64,000 nucleotides of DNA from an uncultured Gammaproteobacteria bacterium (GTDB lineage: Bacteria > Patescibacteriota > Patescibacteriia > UBA9934), in contig CAZREA010000001.1 in the NCBI GenBank assembly GCA_964599455.1, positions 269,183-333,182 of the forward strand. The letters run 5' to 3'. This document shows positions 9,660-19,485 of this stretch, in pieces. Made by a program: the position numbers and the translations under genes. Position 1 is the stretch's first letter. The number at the start of each line of letters is the position of its first letter. The notes under the pieces were generated by a model, which saw nothing but the letters and a program-made list of their open reading frames with translations, did not search any database and was not told the DNA's origin.

Positions 9660-10445
9660 CTACAGCTTCAGCAGCTCGCGCGCCTCCATGTGCGTGAACT
9701 GACGGCCGACGATACGGCGAGTGTAAGCGCCCTCTATGATCGAGACGACGAGGAAAATCCCGCCGTCCGAGGTGACGATGATTCGACGCACGTAAGTGGT
9801 GAGATTGATGAACGGATGCGCCGAGAAAACCTCGTCAAGGGTGAGCTCCACACGGTCAAGTGACGTATTGAACTCGATCCCGTCGGGGATGCCGAGGAGC
9901 TGAATGAGACGCTCGTCGGTGCAGTTACGGAAAAACTGCTCGTGGTTACTGTAGAAGAACTCGTCGTCGGGATTGATGGCCCGGCAATGAGCGAGTACGC
10001 CCCGATATCCCTCCGGTCCGGTAATCGGGAGCATGACGATGTCGTCGTCGCCCAGGGCGGCCTCGGCCTCCTTCTTGGTCAAGAAAATGCGGATCACCCG
10101 CCCGGTGCCGCGGGTCTGCACCCACTCTTCAGTGGACAGGATGACCCAGCGTGGAGCATCGTCGTCCTTGCCGGCATCGTCCCAGACGACGAGGACCTCA
10201 CGGCCATCGTCGTCTTCGTTGATTGCCAGGAAGAAGTAGACCGAACCCTCGTGGTCCTCCGCGTGAAGGACATTGCCCGTGGGGACGTTGTGAAACAGCT
10301 CGTTGTGACCGATAACGACGATCGTCAGCTTATCGTCGTCAGGGACTCGCGTTTCCCCTTCGCCGATCAGCTCGATCGCTTCGTAGAAGTCCTTGGAACC
10401 TTCCGGGAACACAAGCTCACCGTTACGAATGCGCAGCAGAGACAT
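9660..10445 (-). CDS. Hypothetical acidic protein (GC-rich cassette)
   Basis: GGAGG SD before ATG 10445; strong GC3 bias; long downstream hairpin ~9575-9630. Confidence 0.75.
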   Translation of the reverse strand: MSLLRIRNGELVFPEGSKDFYEAIELIGEGETRVPDDDKLTIVVIGHNELFHNVPTGNVLHAEDHEGSVYFFLAINEDDDGREVLVVWDDAGKDDDAPRWVILSTEEWVQTRGTGRVIRIFLTKKEAEAALGDDDIVMLPITGPEGYRGVLAHCRAINPDDEFFYSNHEQFFRNCTDERLIQLLGIPDGIEFNTSLDRVELTLDEVFSAHPFINLTTYVRRIIVTSDGGIFLVVSIIEGAYTRRIVGRQFTHMEARELLKL

Positions 10446-10657
10446 GGGCACCTCCAAAGGTTTCGACACACCAGCGACAGCTGCTGTGGCCCTTAAGATT
10501 CTCGATTTCTTCAAGAACCCTGAGCGCGAAACGGCATACGTTACCAAGAAATGCTATTCTTGTCTACCTTTTACAAAAGATGAAATTTGATATAAAAGAG
10601 TAGAGAGGCATGCAGCTGCATAGCGTAGCGCAATTACCTCGCATATCAGGAGTAACC

Positions 10658-11140
10658 GTGTCACGTGTATCTCTTCTCGTCCTTCTTACTGGATGCTTCA
10701 CCCTTCCCAAACCACAGGCGGTAGTGCTCGTCGAAACCACACCGCAATGGCCAACGGCGACGATCTTCCTCGAGATCGACGGACAGATGAGGAAGTGGGA
10801 AGGCGAGGATCTGACCTACGACGACCTGATGAGTCTCGACGACAACACCGTCGACACCGGTTCCTCGGTTATCACCGAGGCCGACCTGGCCATGGTCACC
10901 GCGTATGGCAACGACAAGGGCCACTACGGATGGGCGGAGCTCGCCTATTCGAATTGGACTGCGGAAGGTGGCGTGGTGAACCTCTGGGTCGACTATGCCG
11001 ATAGGGAGGGTAAACCCGACCCCACCAACCGGACCCGGGTCGCGTACCTCTACTGGGACGCGGAGGTGGAGTCGTGCTACAGCTTCCACGGGGCAAAAAA
11101 CCACGTGGTCATCTGCGGTGCTGATGAGGTCGCGGAGTAG
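10658..11140 (+). CDS. Hypothetical lipoprotein
   Basis: CAGGAG SD, GTG start, LLVLLTGC lipobox; hairpin 11158-11188 followed by T-run. Confidence 0.7.
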   Translation: MSRVSLLVLLTGCFTLPKPQAVVLVETTPQWPTATIFLEIDGQMRKWEGEDLTYDDLMSLDDNTVDTGSSVITEADLAMVTAYGNDKGHYGWAELAYSNWTAEGGVVNLWVDYADREGKPDPTNRTRVAYLYWDAEVESCYSFHGAKNHVVICGADEVAE

Positions 11141-11264
11141 CCAGATCGTCTTCGAAGCCGGTCGTGTTGTCCGATGACACGACTGGCTTTTTGAAAACTT
11201 CTACATTCTCATCAAGCGCGACCGGTTCTTCGCAAAAAAGTATGCACGTGTTACCCTTTGTTTT

Positions 11265-12428
11265 ATGCAACGCTTTGAAACTCTCGTTATTGGCTTGGGT
11301 GCAATGGGAAGTGCGGCAGTCTATCAACTCGCAAAACGCGGCGCACATGTACTTGGCATTGATCAATACGCTCCTCCGCATACAATCGGTTCAACGCATG
11401 GGGAAACGCGTATTACGCGCCAAGCGATTGCCGAAGGTAAAGAATATGTTCCGCTTGTCCTCCGGGCAAATGCAATCTGGCGAGAGACCGAACAGCAAAC
11501 CGGCGCATCTCTTTTTGTTGCCAATGGGGGATGAATTGTAGGCGATGCTCACGTCACAAAAGGCAGTCACCAAACATACAATTTTCTTCTTGAAACTATC
11601 AACGCTGCAAAACACTACGCCATTCCTCATGAGATTCTTGATGCCCCTGCTTTGCAACAGCGCTTCCCGCAATTTCATTTTCATGGAAACGAAACAGGGT
11701 ACTATGAGAAGGGCGCTGGTTTTCTTCGTCCAGAACAATGTATCGAAACTCAACTTGCACTCGCAAAACACCATGGCGCTGAAATACATGTCAATGAAAA
11801 AATGATCTCCTATGCGTCGTCCGATAAAGGTATTATCGTTAAAACCAATAAAGATGAATATATAGCGCAAAAGATTATTCTCACTCTTGGTCCATGGATT
11901 CGGGAATCATTACCCGAGCTTGCACACTATTTTTCCGTTTATCGCCAGGTACTGTATTGGTTTAAAGTACATGACCGTCACGAACACTATTCACCTGATC
12001 GTTTCCCTATTTTTATTTTTGATTTCGGGCATGAAGCAGAATTTTACGGATTTCCGATTGTCGATACAGAAACGGGCGGATTGAAAATTGCCAAAGAAGA
12101 ATATCTTATCGATACTTCCCCCGAACAAGTCGATCGAAAAGTGTCGGCAGAAGAAATCGATCGCATGTTTATGCAGGCAAAGGAATATCTTCCCAATCTC
12201 AAAAACGAATGCATAAAAGCAATTTCGTGTCTCTACACCGTGACGCCCGATACAAAATTCGTCATTGATACCCATCCGCAAGACAAACGCATAATTATCG
12301 CCTCACCCTGTTCGGGGCACGGTTTTAAACATTCAGCTGCAATCGGTGAAGTACTTGCAGAATTAGCGACTACAGAAAAAAGTTCTCTCGATATTTCTTC
12401 ATTCTCTCTGCAAAGATTTACCAAGTAA
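11265..12428 (+). pseudogene. solA: N-methyl-L-tryptophan/monomeric sarcosine oxidase family gene interrupted by in-frame TGA at 11532
   Basis: GLGAMGSA, GSTHGETRITR, CLYTVTPD, CSGHGFK; the two track ORFs share one frame with a single TGA between them. Confidence 0.8.
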
Positions 12429-12459
12429 GCATGAAAGTAATGGCAATAAAAAGAACGGG

Positions 12460-13017
12460 CTAGACTTGCTGTACAGAGTTACTTTTTTTCAATCGTTCCA
12501 TAAACGTCACATCTTTTTCATCAGCCGACGTATAGACACCTGTTTTGCTATCCAAATATCCCCACCCATTATGTAACACCGCGGGACCACAAGTCATACG
12601 AGTAACTGTGCCCGGCTGCACATTGATGACTCGATGAAACATATCGCGCGTAATGGTATTTACATCCCCCGCCCCAAACACCAGAACTTCATGGCAAACA
12701 TCACCATCATCACCAATCCAATACCGTTCTTCGGTATACCCACCGGAAAGAATCTCAGATGAAAAATCCCAAGGATGATTATGCGGCTCACCGCGATCAT
12801 CATCTTCATGCCACCAATTGATTTTAATGGTGCGCACGACAGCGTTGCGCTCAAGGACCAGCTGCGTTTTAAACGTATGCTCATTTGCGGTAGGAATGTA
12901 TTCAGGAGAAAGATTGGGATGTTGAATATGGTATATATCGATTGTCTCGCGAATCAGATGATCACACACGTTACACATTTCATAAATACTTTCTTGCGAG
13001 CAATACTTACAAAGCAT
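12460..13017 (-). CDS. Cupin-fold protein with N-terminal CxxC-CxxC
   Basis: HNHPWDFSSEILSGGYTE...FHRV metal-binding cupin motifs; MLCKYC...CNVC. Confidence 0.7.
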   Translation of the reverse strand: MLCKYCSQESIYEMCNVCDHLIRETIDIYHIQHPNLSPEYIPTANEHTFKTQLVLERNAVVRTIKINWWHEDDDRGEPHNHPWDFSSEILSGGYTEERYWIGDDGDVCHEVLVFGAGDVNTITRDMFHRVINVQPGTVTRMTCGPAVLHNGWGYLDSKTGVYTSADEKDVTFMERLKKSNSVQQV

Positions 13018-13129
13018 AGAGATATTGTTATAAATACACAGAGTAGTATAGCCGATGAAAGGTATTCATCAAGAGGAAAGAAACAGGCAGCCCCGCAACC
13101 ACTCAAGGCGCGGGGCTTCGATGACGTGT

Positions 13130-13828
13130 TCACGTTGACAAGGCGATCCGTTCGGCGATCGTTTGAGCTTGGGCCAGACCCGCCAGCAAGGCGAACTGCT
13201 GGTCGGCGCGGTCGATGTTGTGACCGCTCATGTGTGCGCTGCCATCGATATGAAGAAATTGCCCGCAATAGAGAGCAGTGGCATTCCCAGGAATGGTGAG
13301 CGAGAGCCTGCCGTCCGTGGTCGCCTCGCTTTGGAAGGGATACTTCAGCCTACCATCGCCACGGACTCGATCCATGGTCTGTTTCATCATCAAGGCGATC
13401 GCGCCATGATCCTCTGCGGTGAACCGCTTCACGAGGCCGACCATACGACCCGACAGGGTTACCCCCACGTCATATCCGCTGTTGCCGCCCTGCGCCAGAA
13501 GACCCGTGAACGCCACGAGTGGCGCGTCCTCTTCGCTCCACTCCTCAAGCATCAGCGCAAGGCGAAGAACATCCAATGACCGGCTCGTCGCACTCGCAGA
13601 CTTTGCAGCAAAGGTGGCGGTGAAGACCAGTACTCCTTCGCGTGCTTCTTGACGCAAAACACCACGAAAGCCCCAGCGCCGAGGCCCTACGAAAAACGGC
13701 TCTTCTCCTTGGCGCAGATGGCGAACGATGGGAGCCTCTGCGGTGACACGCTTCACCAAACCCTCGAACGTCTTGGGAATCTCGGTCGCGATTCCCTCCT
13801 CCGTCGGAATCAATCGATATCGTTGCAT
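13130..13828 (-). CDS. Hypothetical protein (GC-rich cassette)
   Basis: 232-aa ORF, GGAGG upstream, downstream GCCCCGC/GCGGGGC hairpin. Confidence 0.75.
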   Translation of the reverse strand: MQRYRLIPTEEGIATEIPKTFEGLVKRVTAEAPIVRHLRQGEEPFFVGPRRWGFRGVLRQEAREGVLVFTATFAAKSASATSRSLDVLRLALMLEEWSEEDAPLVAFTGLLAQGGNSGYDVGVTLSGRMVGLVKRFTAEDHGAIALMMKQTMDRVRGDGRLKYPFQSEATTDGRLSLTIPGNATALYCGQFLHIDGSAHMSGHNIDRADQQFALLAGLAQAQTIAERIALST

Positions 13829-13901
13829 GAATGGCTATCCTCCGCCAAAAAGACTAGCCAAACAGCGTCAAAACAACAAGCCCCATTAGTCGCGGCAAGA
13901 T

Positions 13902-15707
13902 CTATCTTTTTAACACCTTTAAATAGGCATCTCCAGGAATATCAACATTCCCCACACCTAAAGACATCATCTTTTTCTTTCCTTTCTTTTGTTTTTGTAA
14001 TAATTTTAATTTTCGCGTGGCATCTCCACCATACAATCCCGCCGTCACATCTTTGCGCAACGCCGAAATTCGCTCACCGGCAACAACCTTGCCACCGACC
14101 GAGGCTTGCAACTTGATCACAAATTGGGTGCGAGGAATAGTCTCTTGCAAAATTTTCAAGATGCGACGACCGACACGCTCAGACTCATCGCGATACACCA
14201 AAGAGGAAAACGCATCCACCGGCGCGTCGGCAACCATAATATCCAGACGCACAATATCAGCTTGTCGATAGGCAAAGATTTCGTAACTCAATGACGCATA
14301 CCCTGCAGTTGCACTTTTGAGCTTATCATTAAAATCAACAATGATGGCAGATAATGGCAACTCATAATGCAACATGGCACGACCTTCAGAAAGATATTCG
14401 GTTGTTAAATACGTTCCATGTCGCTCCTGACACAATTGCATAACGTTCCCGATATAGTCCGACGGTGTGACAATCGCCACTTTTGCCCACGGCTCTTCGA
14501 TATGTTCGATGTGTGCGGGATCGGGCAAATCAAGCGCACCTTTCACCACATGATATACAGATTCTCCATTACGAAAGACACGATAAGCCACCGATGGCAA
14601 TGTCACGACCAAATCGATAGTATATTCACGTGAAAGACGCTCCTTCAAAATCTCTAAATGGAGCATGCCCAAAAATCCGCAACGAAAACCATATCCCAAT
14701 GCAGGCGAATGTTCGGGCTCGAATACCAATGCGGCATCGTTGAGCTTTAATCGATCCATGGCATCGCGCAGCGCACTGTATTCATCACCTTGTGCAGGAA
14801 AAACACCGGCGAAAACCATTGGTTTGACTTCACGATATCCTGAGAGGGGTTGGGCATACCCGACTCCTACATTCGTCGTCATCGTATCACCAACACGACA
14901 AGCACGGATATCTTTCAATCCGGTCACAATATAGCCGATTTGTCCGGTCTCTAATTCTTGAAGCGGAGAAAGCTTTGGCTTGAGTGCGCCAATTTCTAAA
15001 ATTTCGCCTTCACCGTTGGTTGCTAACATGTGCAACTTATCGTGTTTGCGGAATGCGCCATCAATCACGCGCACATAGGCAATAACACCTTTGTAGTCAT
15101 CGTATGCGGAATCAAAAATAAGTGCTCGCGGCGCTGATGCTACTTCACCTTTTGGTGATGAGATGCGTTCAACAACCGCATCAAGCAGTGCCGGCACTCC
15201 TTCACCCGTCTTTCCCGATACAGCAAAAATTTCTTCTGGTTTGCATCCGAGTAATTTTACTAATTCAGCAGTACGTCGCGGAATATCCGCAGCCGGAAGA
15301 TCAATTTTATTAAGGACCGGAATGATTTCCAAATTTTCTTCCATCGCTAAAAATAAGTTCGCGACAGTCTGTGCCTGAATACCTTGTGTTGCATCAACCA
15401 ATAGCACAGCTCCGTCAACCGCAGCCAGCGACCGCGACACTTCGTAAGTAAAATCGATGTGGCCAGGAGTATCGATGAGATTGAGCGTATATTCGACGTC
15501 ATCTTTTTTCCAATTCATGCGTGCAGGAGCAAGCTTGATAGTAATACCGCGCTCACGTTCAAGATCCATGGAGTCGAGCAGTTGATCTTTCATGTTGCGA
15601 CGCTCAACGGTACCCGTAATCTCAAGCAAACGATCGGACAAGGTAGACTTACCGTGATCAATATGCGCGATAATGCAGAAGTTACGAATGCGATCCTGAG
15701 GAACCAT
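13902..15707 (-). CDS. lepA: Elongation factor 4 LepA
   Basis: IRNFCIIAHIDHGKSTL, LNLIDTPGH, GFRCGFLGMLH, RKDVTA. Confidence 0.98.
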   Translation of the reverse strand: MVPQDRIRNFCIIAHIDHGKSTLSDRLLEITGTVERRNMKDQLLDSMDLERERGITIKLAPARMNWKKDDVEYTLNLIDTPGHIDFTYEVSRSLAAVDGAVLLVDATQGIQAQTVANLFLAMEENLEIIPVLNKIDLPAADIPRRTAELVKLLGCKPEEIFAVSGKTGEGVPALLDAVVERISSPKGEVASAPRALIFDSAYDDYKGVIAYVRVIDGAFRKHDKLHMLATNGEGEILEIGALKPKLSPLQELETGQIGYIVTGLKDIRACRVGDTMTTNVGVGYAQPLSGYREVKPMVFAGVFPAQGDEYSALRDAMDRLKLNDAALVFEPEHSPALGYGFRCGFLGMLHLEILKERLSREYTIDLVVTLPSVAYRVFRNGESVYHVVKGALDLPDPAHIEHIEEPWAKVAIVTPSDYIGNVMQLCQERHGTYLTTEYLSEGRAMLHYELPLSAIIVDFNDKLKSATAGYASLSYEIFAYRQADIVRLDIMVADAPVDAFSSLVYRDESERVGRRILKILQETIPRTQFVIKLQASVGGKVVAGERISALRKDVTAGLYGGDATRKLKLLQKQKKGKKKMMSLGVGNVDIPGDAYLKVLKR

Positions 15708-15750
15708 AGAATGCAGGTAGTGTAGCGGATATTGTCCATTTTCCGCAACT

Positions 15751-15784
15751 AAAAAGACGAGGCCAAGAGACCTCGTCTTTTTTT
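15751..15784. terminator. Intrinsic terminator with A/T tails
   Basis: AAAAAGACGAGG-ccaagaga-CCTCGTCTTTTT. Confidence 0.75.
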
Positions 15785-15796
15785 CTTTCTTTACTT

Positions 15797-18205
15797 TTAT
15801 TGACCTAACTCTACACGTGTCTTCATGATCGAAGTATCGATACTGATATCTTCTTCATCAATATCATCACCCATTTCGAATCGAGTAAAGAGCGTAGGAG
15901 CAATATCGATGACATAGTCAGCCCAGTATCCACCATAATTATCAACGGCAACTTCTTCAGAAGCGATCCAGCGAAGTTCCACCGCACCACCATCACCAGC
16001 AACAAGAGCAAAGACGCGTGCATCGGATTGAATCTTTACGAGCACTACACCTGGATTTGGCAACATTGGACTACCCAGCGTAAGCGTTGGAAGCGTCGCA
16101 TCAGTCACCTCAACAACTCCATCAAAATCATCCTCGTAAGTAAAATACGTTTGCGCATCGTAGAATGGGCGACGAACAAGATCGCCGTCAACATCTTCGA
16201 TGAAATACACAGTAGCGTAATTTTCACCACGGATATAGTCGCCAGCTTCTACCACATTAATATCTTCTTCTTCACCAGAGTACGGGGAAACGCCCGTTTC
16301 ACCAGTGGTCTCAGCTTCCTCTTCTTCACTATCTTCATCTTCACTGTCCTCATCAACGGTACCAACCGAGAATTCACCGGAAGTATCGGTAGCAAGTTCG
16401 TCAACCAAATCAGTTCCCACGATCTTCAACCAAACATCTCCCAGCGCTTCTTCAGGCGTCCAGGTATAGACACCGTCGTTTTGTTGATTCTCGGCAATCA
16501 ATATCCAGCTCTCACCATCATCATCGGAATAATAAAGATTCACATAGGCCATGAGCGTACCTTCATAGGTCCAAGCGACATCAATCACATCACCAACTTC
16601 GTAGGCGTCATCTTCAGCCGGAGAACTAATTTCGAGAGAAAAGTCTTCATCCGAAGAAACCGTTTCCGATGCGGATGAACCACCATCTGAAGAACTATCA
16701 GAACTCTTCACCGTAAAGTGCAATGGACTTTCAACGGTTGTATCGCCCGCTTCCGCTCCAGCAAAGGCATTACTTGCAGAGTCGGGTGCGGTTGAAATTG
16801 TCAAGGTATTCAAACCGCTTGCCAGCACACCCGTATGCGTGATGGTGACCGTTACCGTAGAAATACTCGTTGAAAGGGTAACGCTTGGACTAACAGAGGC
16901 AGTGATGGAAGCAGGTTCCTCAGAGAATGTGAGCACGATGCTTGCGGTCTTCAAAATAGCCGCCTGATCTTCGGTTGGACTGCTGGAGATAAGAACCGGA
17001 CCGGCGCCATCCGAAACGGTAATTTGAGCTTGCGCTCCAAGGGTAGAGTTTGTATTCGTGCCTTCAGTGAGTGAGAAACTACTTTGAGATGAAAACGCTA
17101 CCGTTACCGCACTTGCAGTATCTTGAGCAGTTGATTCTGTTCCTAAATCAATAGTTGTTGAGGATACTGATCCTGTAATAAGATCGGTTGTCGCACCTCC
17201 AAATAACATTCCATCAAAATCGCCATCGTTGGTAAAAAGAAGGTCTGCCGCGCGCAATGTGCTTGCCGCAGTAACGGTTTCCGAATAGGCGAGAACAAAA
17301 CGATCAATCTTTCCATCAATATCATTATCTTGATATGTGGCAGTAATAATTTGCGGAGCCGCTCCGTCAGCAAACGTGGCTTGCGTCTGAGCTTTAACAC
17401 TGGTGTTCGCTGTCGTTCCATCAGTGATGGACAAAGTTCCATCACCCGTAATGGTACTAAAAGCAATGGTACCAAGTCCTTCAGCTGTATCTTTCGCTGT
17501 CGATTCCGTACCTAATGTCACGCTATCAGTCGTTCCCCCATCGGCAATATCAGTGGTAGCAGAGCCAAATGCCGCAGCAGTAAAATCTCCGACGGTCGTA
17601 AGAGAAAGATGTGAAGCTTTCAATACACTACCAGCAGCAGTTGATTCAGTATACGTGATAAGGAACGTATCAATCTTTCCATCAGCGTCTGCATCTTGAT
17701 AGGTCATCGTTTTAATTTGCGGAGCAGCACCATCGGTTGCGGTCGTGTTGGCACCATTTGCCATTTGGTTTGAACCAGCTGCATCACAAATGGAAGCAGC
17801 GGTTGTACAGTTTGCAACTGCGGTATAGGTAACCGTTGGAGTAATACTAGTATCACCCGACGTACAACCCGTCAGACCGCTAAGCGTGAGTGTCGTCGTG
17901 CTGTCGTTGTTGTAATCACCGGCAGCAATCGTGCAACCCGCGCTTAATGCAAGACTCGGAAAACCGTCACCTGCGTTGCCGTCGTCAAGATCTGCTGCTT
18001 CACTAAAGGTGATCGTAATTCGATCAACTGTTCCGTTGCCATCAGTGTCCGCAGTAACCGCAGTCATCGTTGGCGCTGCGGCGTGCGCAGGCTGTACCCA
18101 AAAAAGTTGCACCATGCCGGCAAGAAGACATGCAGCGGCAACACTCAGTGCCAATGTCATGGTTCTTTTACTCTCCGACAAGAGAAATCCGTTTCTCAGT
18201 TGCAT
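15797..18205 (-). CDS. Large secreted/surface Thr/Ser/Asp-rich repeat protein
   Basis: Signal peptide (AHA-A), tandem DGAAPQI...DGKID repeats, acidic linker, globular C-terminal domain; start uncertain. Confidence 0.8.
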   Translation of the reverse strand: MQLRNGFLLSESKRTMTLALSVAAACLLAGMVQLFWVQPAHAAAPTMTAVTADTDGNGTVDRITITFSEAADLDDGNAGDGFPSLALSAGCTIAAGDYNNDSTTTLTLSGLTGCTSGDTSITPTVTYTAVANCTTAASICDAAGSNQMANGANTTATDGAAPQIKTMTYQDADADGKIDTFLITYTESTAAGSVLKASHLSLTTVGDFTAAAFGSATTDIADGGTTDSVTLGTESTAKDTAEGLGTIAFSTITGDGTLSITDGTTANTSVKAQTQATFADGAAPQIITATYQDNDIDGKIDRFVLAYSETVTAASTLRAADLLFTNDGDFDGMLFGGATTDLITGSVSSTTIDLGTESTAQDTASAVTVAFSSQSSFSLTEGTNTNSTLGAQAQITVSDGAGPVLISSSPTEDQAAILKTASIVLTFSEEPASITASVSPSVTLSTSISTVTVTITHTGVLASGLNTLTISTAPDSASNAFAGAEAGDTTVESPLHFTVKSSDSSSDGGSSASETVSSDEDFSLEISSPAEDDAYEVGDVIDVAWTYEGTLMAYVNLYYSDDDGESWILIAENQQNDGVYTWTPEEALGDVWLKIVGTDLVDELATDTSGEFSVGTVDEDSEDEDSEEEEAETTGETGVSPYSGEEEDINVVEAGDYIRGENYATVYFIEDVDGDLVRRPFYDAQTYFTYEDDFDGVVEVTDATLPTLTLGSPMLPNPGVVLVKIQSDARVFALVAGDGGAVELRWIASEEVAVDNYGGYWADYVIDIAPTLFTRFEMGDDIDEEDISIDTSIMKTRVELGQ

Positions 18206-18301
18206 AATGAAATAAAGAAAAGTTAAGTCTTTGCAAAAGAGTATAGAACACTTTTTCTCTTCTTTATACAAAAAGCATGAAAAGCTGTGGAAAGAAAATA
18301 T

Positions 18302-19387
18302 TTATCCATCGATAATTCCTGAGCCTAAAAGCTCATCACCGTCATAAAAGGCAATGAATTGGCCGGGAGCGATGGCGCGTTGGGGTGTCGAGAAGGAGAC
18401 GGCCCACCGGGCCGTCTGTACGTCGTCAGAGGCTACAGTGATAGAGCAATCAGCCAAAGGCTGGCGATAGCGGATGCGAGCTCGAATCTGCTTTCCTTCT
18501 TTTTTAAAAAGCTTGCCCGGGATCGTTTCGGTGATATTTGTCGCGAGAAGTTCTTTCTTATATAAGGATGGGTCATCCTCACCCACCGCAACCACGATCT
18601 CATTCGTTTCCGACCGACGCCCAACGACAAAATAGGGCGTGCCTCCTCCGATTCCCAAACCTTCACGTTGACCAACGGTATAAAATTCAAAACCACGATG
18701 CGTACCGAGAATCTTTCCCTCTGTCGTTACTACATCTCCTTCATGCTCCTCAATGCGTTCCTTGAGAAAATCACGCATGTTTACCTTGCCAACAAAACAG
18801 ATACCCTGGCTATCCTTTTTTTCCGCAACAGAAAGACCGTGTTTCCGCGCAATATCACGAACTTCACTTTTCAAAAGATCACCGATAGGAAAAAGTGCAC
18901 GAGCGATCTGTGCTTGCGTGAGCTGACAAAGAAAATAACTCTGATCCTTGTTCGGATCTCGCCCGGCAAGAAGATGTGTTACACCATCATCGTCACGCTG
19001 GACTCGAGCATAATGTCCGGTAGCAACAAAGGCACATCCGAGCTCATCGGCCATGCGCATGAACAGATCAAATTTCATGTACTTATTGCACAGCACATCA
19101 GGATTTGGCGTTCGCCCGGCCTTGTATTCGGCGATCATGTATTCGTACACGCGAGCACGATATTCGTCTTCAAAATCGAAAGTGTGAAATGGGATTCCTA
19201 ATTGTGCCGCCACGCGCATGGCGTCACGGCGTTCGGCGCGCCAGCCGCAATCCTCTGATTCATCATTTCCTCCCCAATTTTTCATAAATCCCCCAATCAC
19301 TTCATACCCCTGCTCCAACAACAATACCGCCGACACACTGCTGTCGACACCACCGCTCATTCCGAGTAGAACTCTTGTTTTGGGCAT
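18302..19387 (-). CDS. mnmA: tRNA 2-thiouridylase MnmA
   Basis: GMSGGVDSS, TPNPDVLCN, ATGHY, KDQSYFL, DSQGICF, PGQ. Confidence 0.97.
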   Translation of the reverse strand: MPKTRVLLGMSGGVDSSVSAVLLLEQGYEVIGGFMKNWGGNDESEDCGWRAERRDAMRVAAQLGIPFHTFDFEDEYRARVYEYMIAEYKAGRTPNPDVLCNKYMKFDLFMRMADELGCAFVATGHYARVQRDDDGVTHLLAGRDPNKDQSYFLCQLTQAQIARALFPIGDLLKSEVRDIARKHGLSVAEKKDSQGICFVGKVNMRDFLKERIEEHEGDVVTTEGKILGTHRGFEFYTVGQREGLGIGGGTPYFVVGRRSETNEIVVAVGEDDPSLYKKELLATNITETIPGKLFKKEGKQIRARIRYRQPLADCSITVASDDVQTARWAVSFSTPQRAIAPGQFIAFYDGDELLGSGIIDG

Positions 19388-19458
19388 AAAGAATATTGAA
19401 GAAAAAAGACCCCGACGATAGGAGGGGCCTATCAAACCCCTGTATAACGAAGAAATTT

Positions 19459-19485
19459 TCTAGACCCTTCCTCACGTCAGGGTCT
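19459..19485. repeat. Palindromic element copy 1 (TCTAGACCCTTC..CGTCAGGGTCT)
   Basis: Near-identical copy at 59035-59061; AGACCCT/AGGGTCT arms. Confidence 0.75.

Noticed and set aside
6891-10496. Long alternative-frame ORFs over GC-rich genes (6891-7466, 9942-10496; likewise 47514-48440, 50980-51669)
   Set aside because: Shadow ORFs expected from strong GC3 bias
11532-11534. Genetic code 25 (TGA=Gly) or selenocysteine
   Set aside because: TGA terminates many genes here (e.g. murG, rnhA, recJ), and the position is not an expected Gly or Cys
8043-13828. Prophage or integrative element at tRNA-Lys
   Set aside because: No integrase or phage genes, and no duplicated tRNA 3' end was seen
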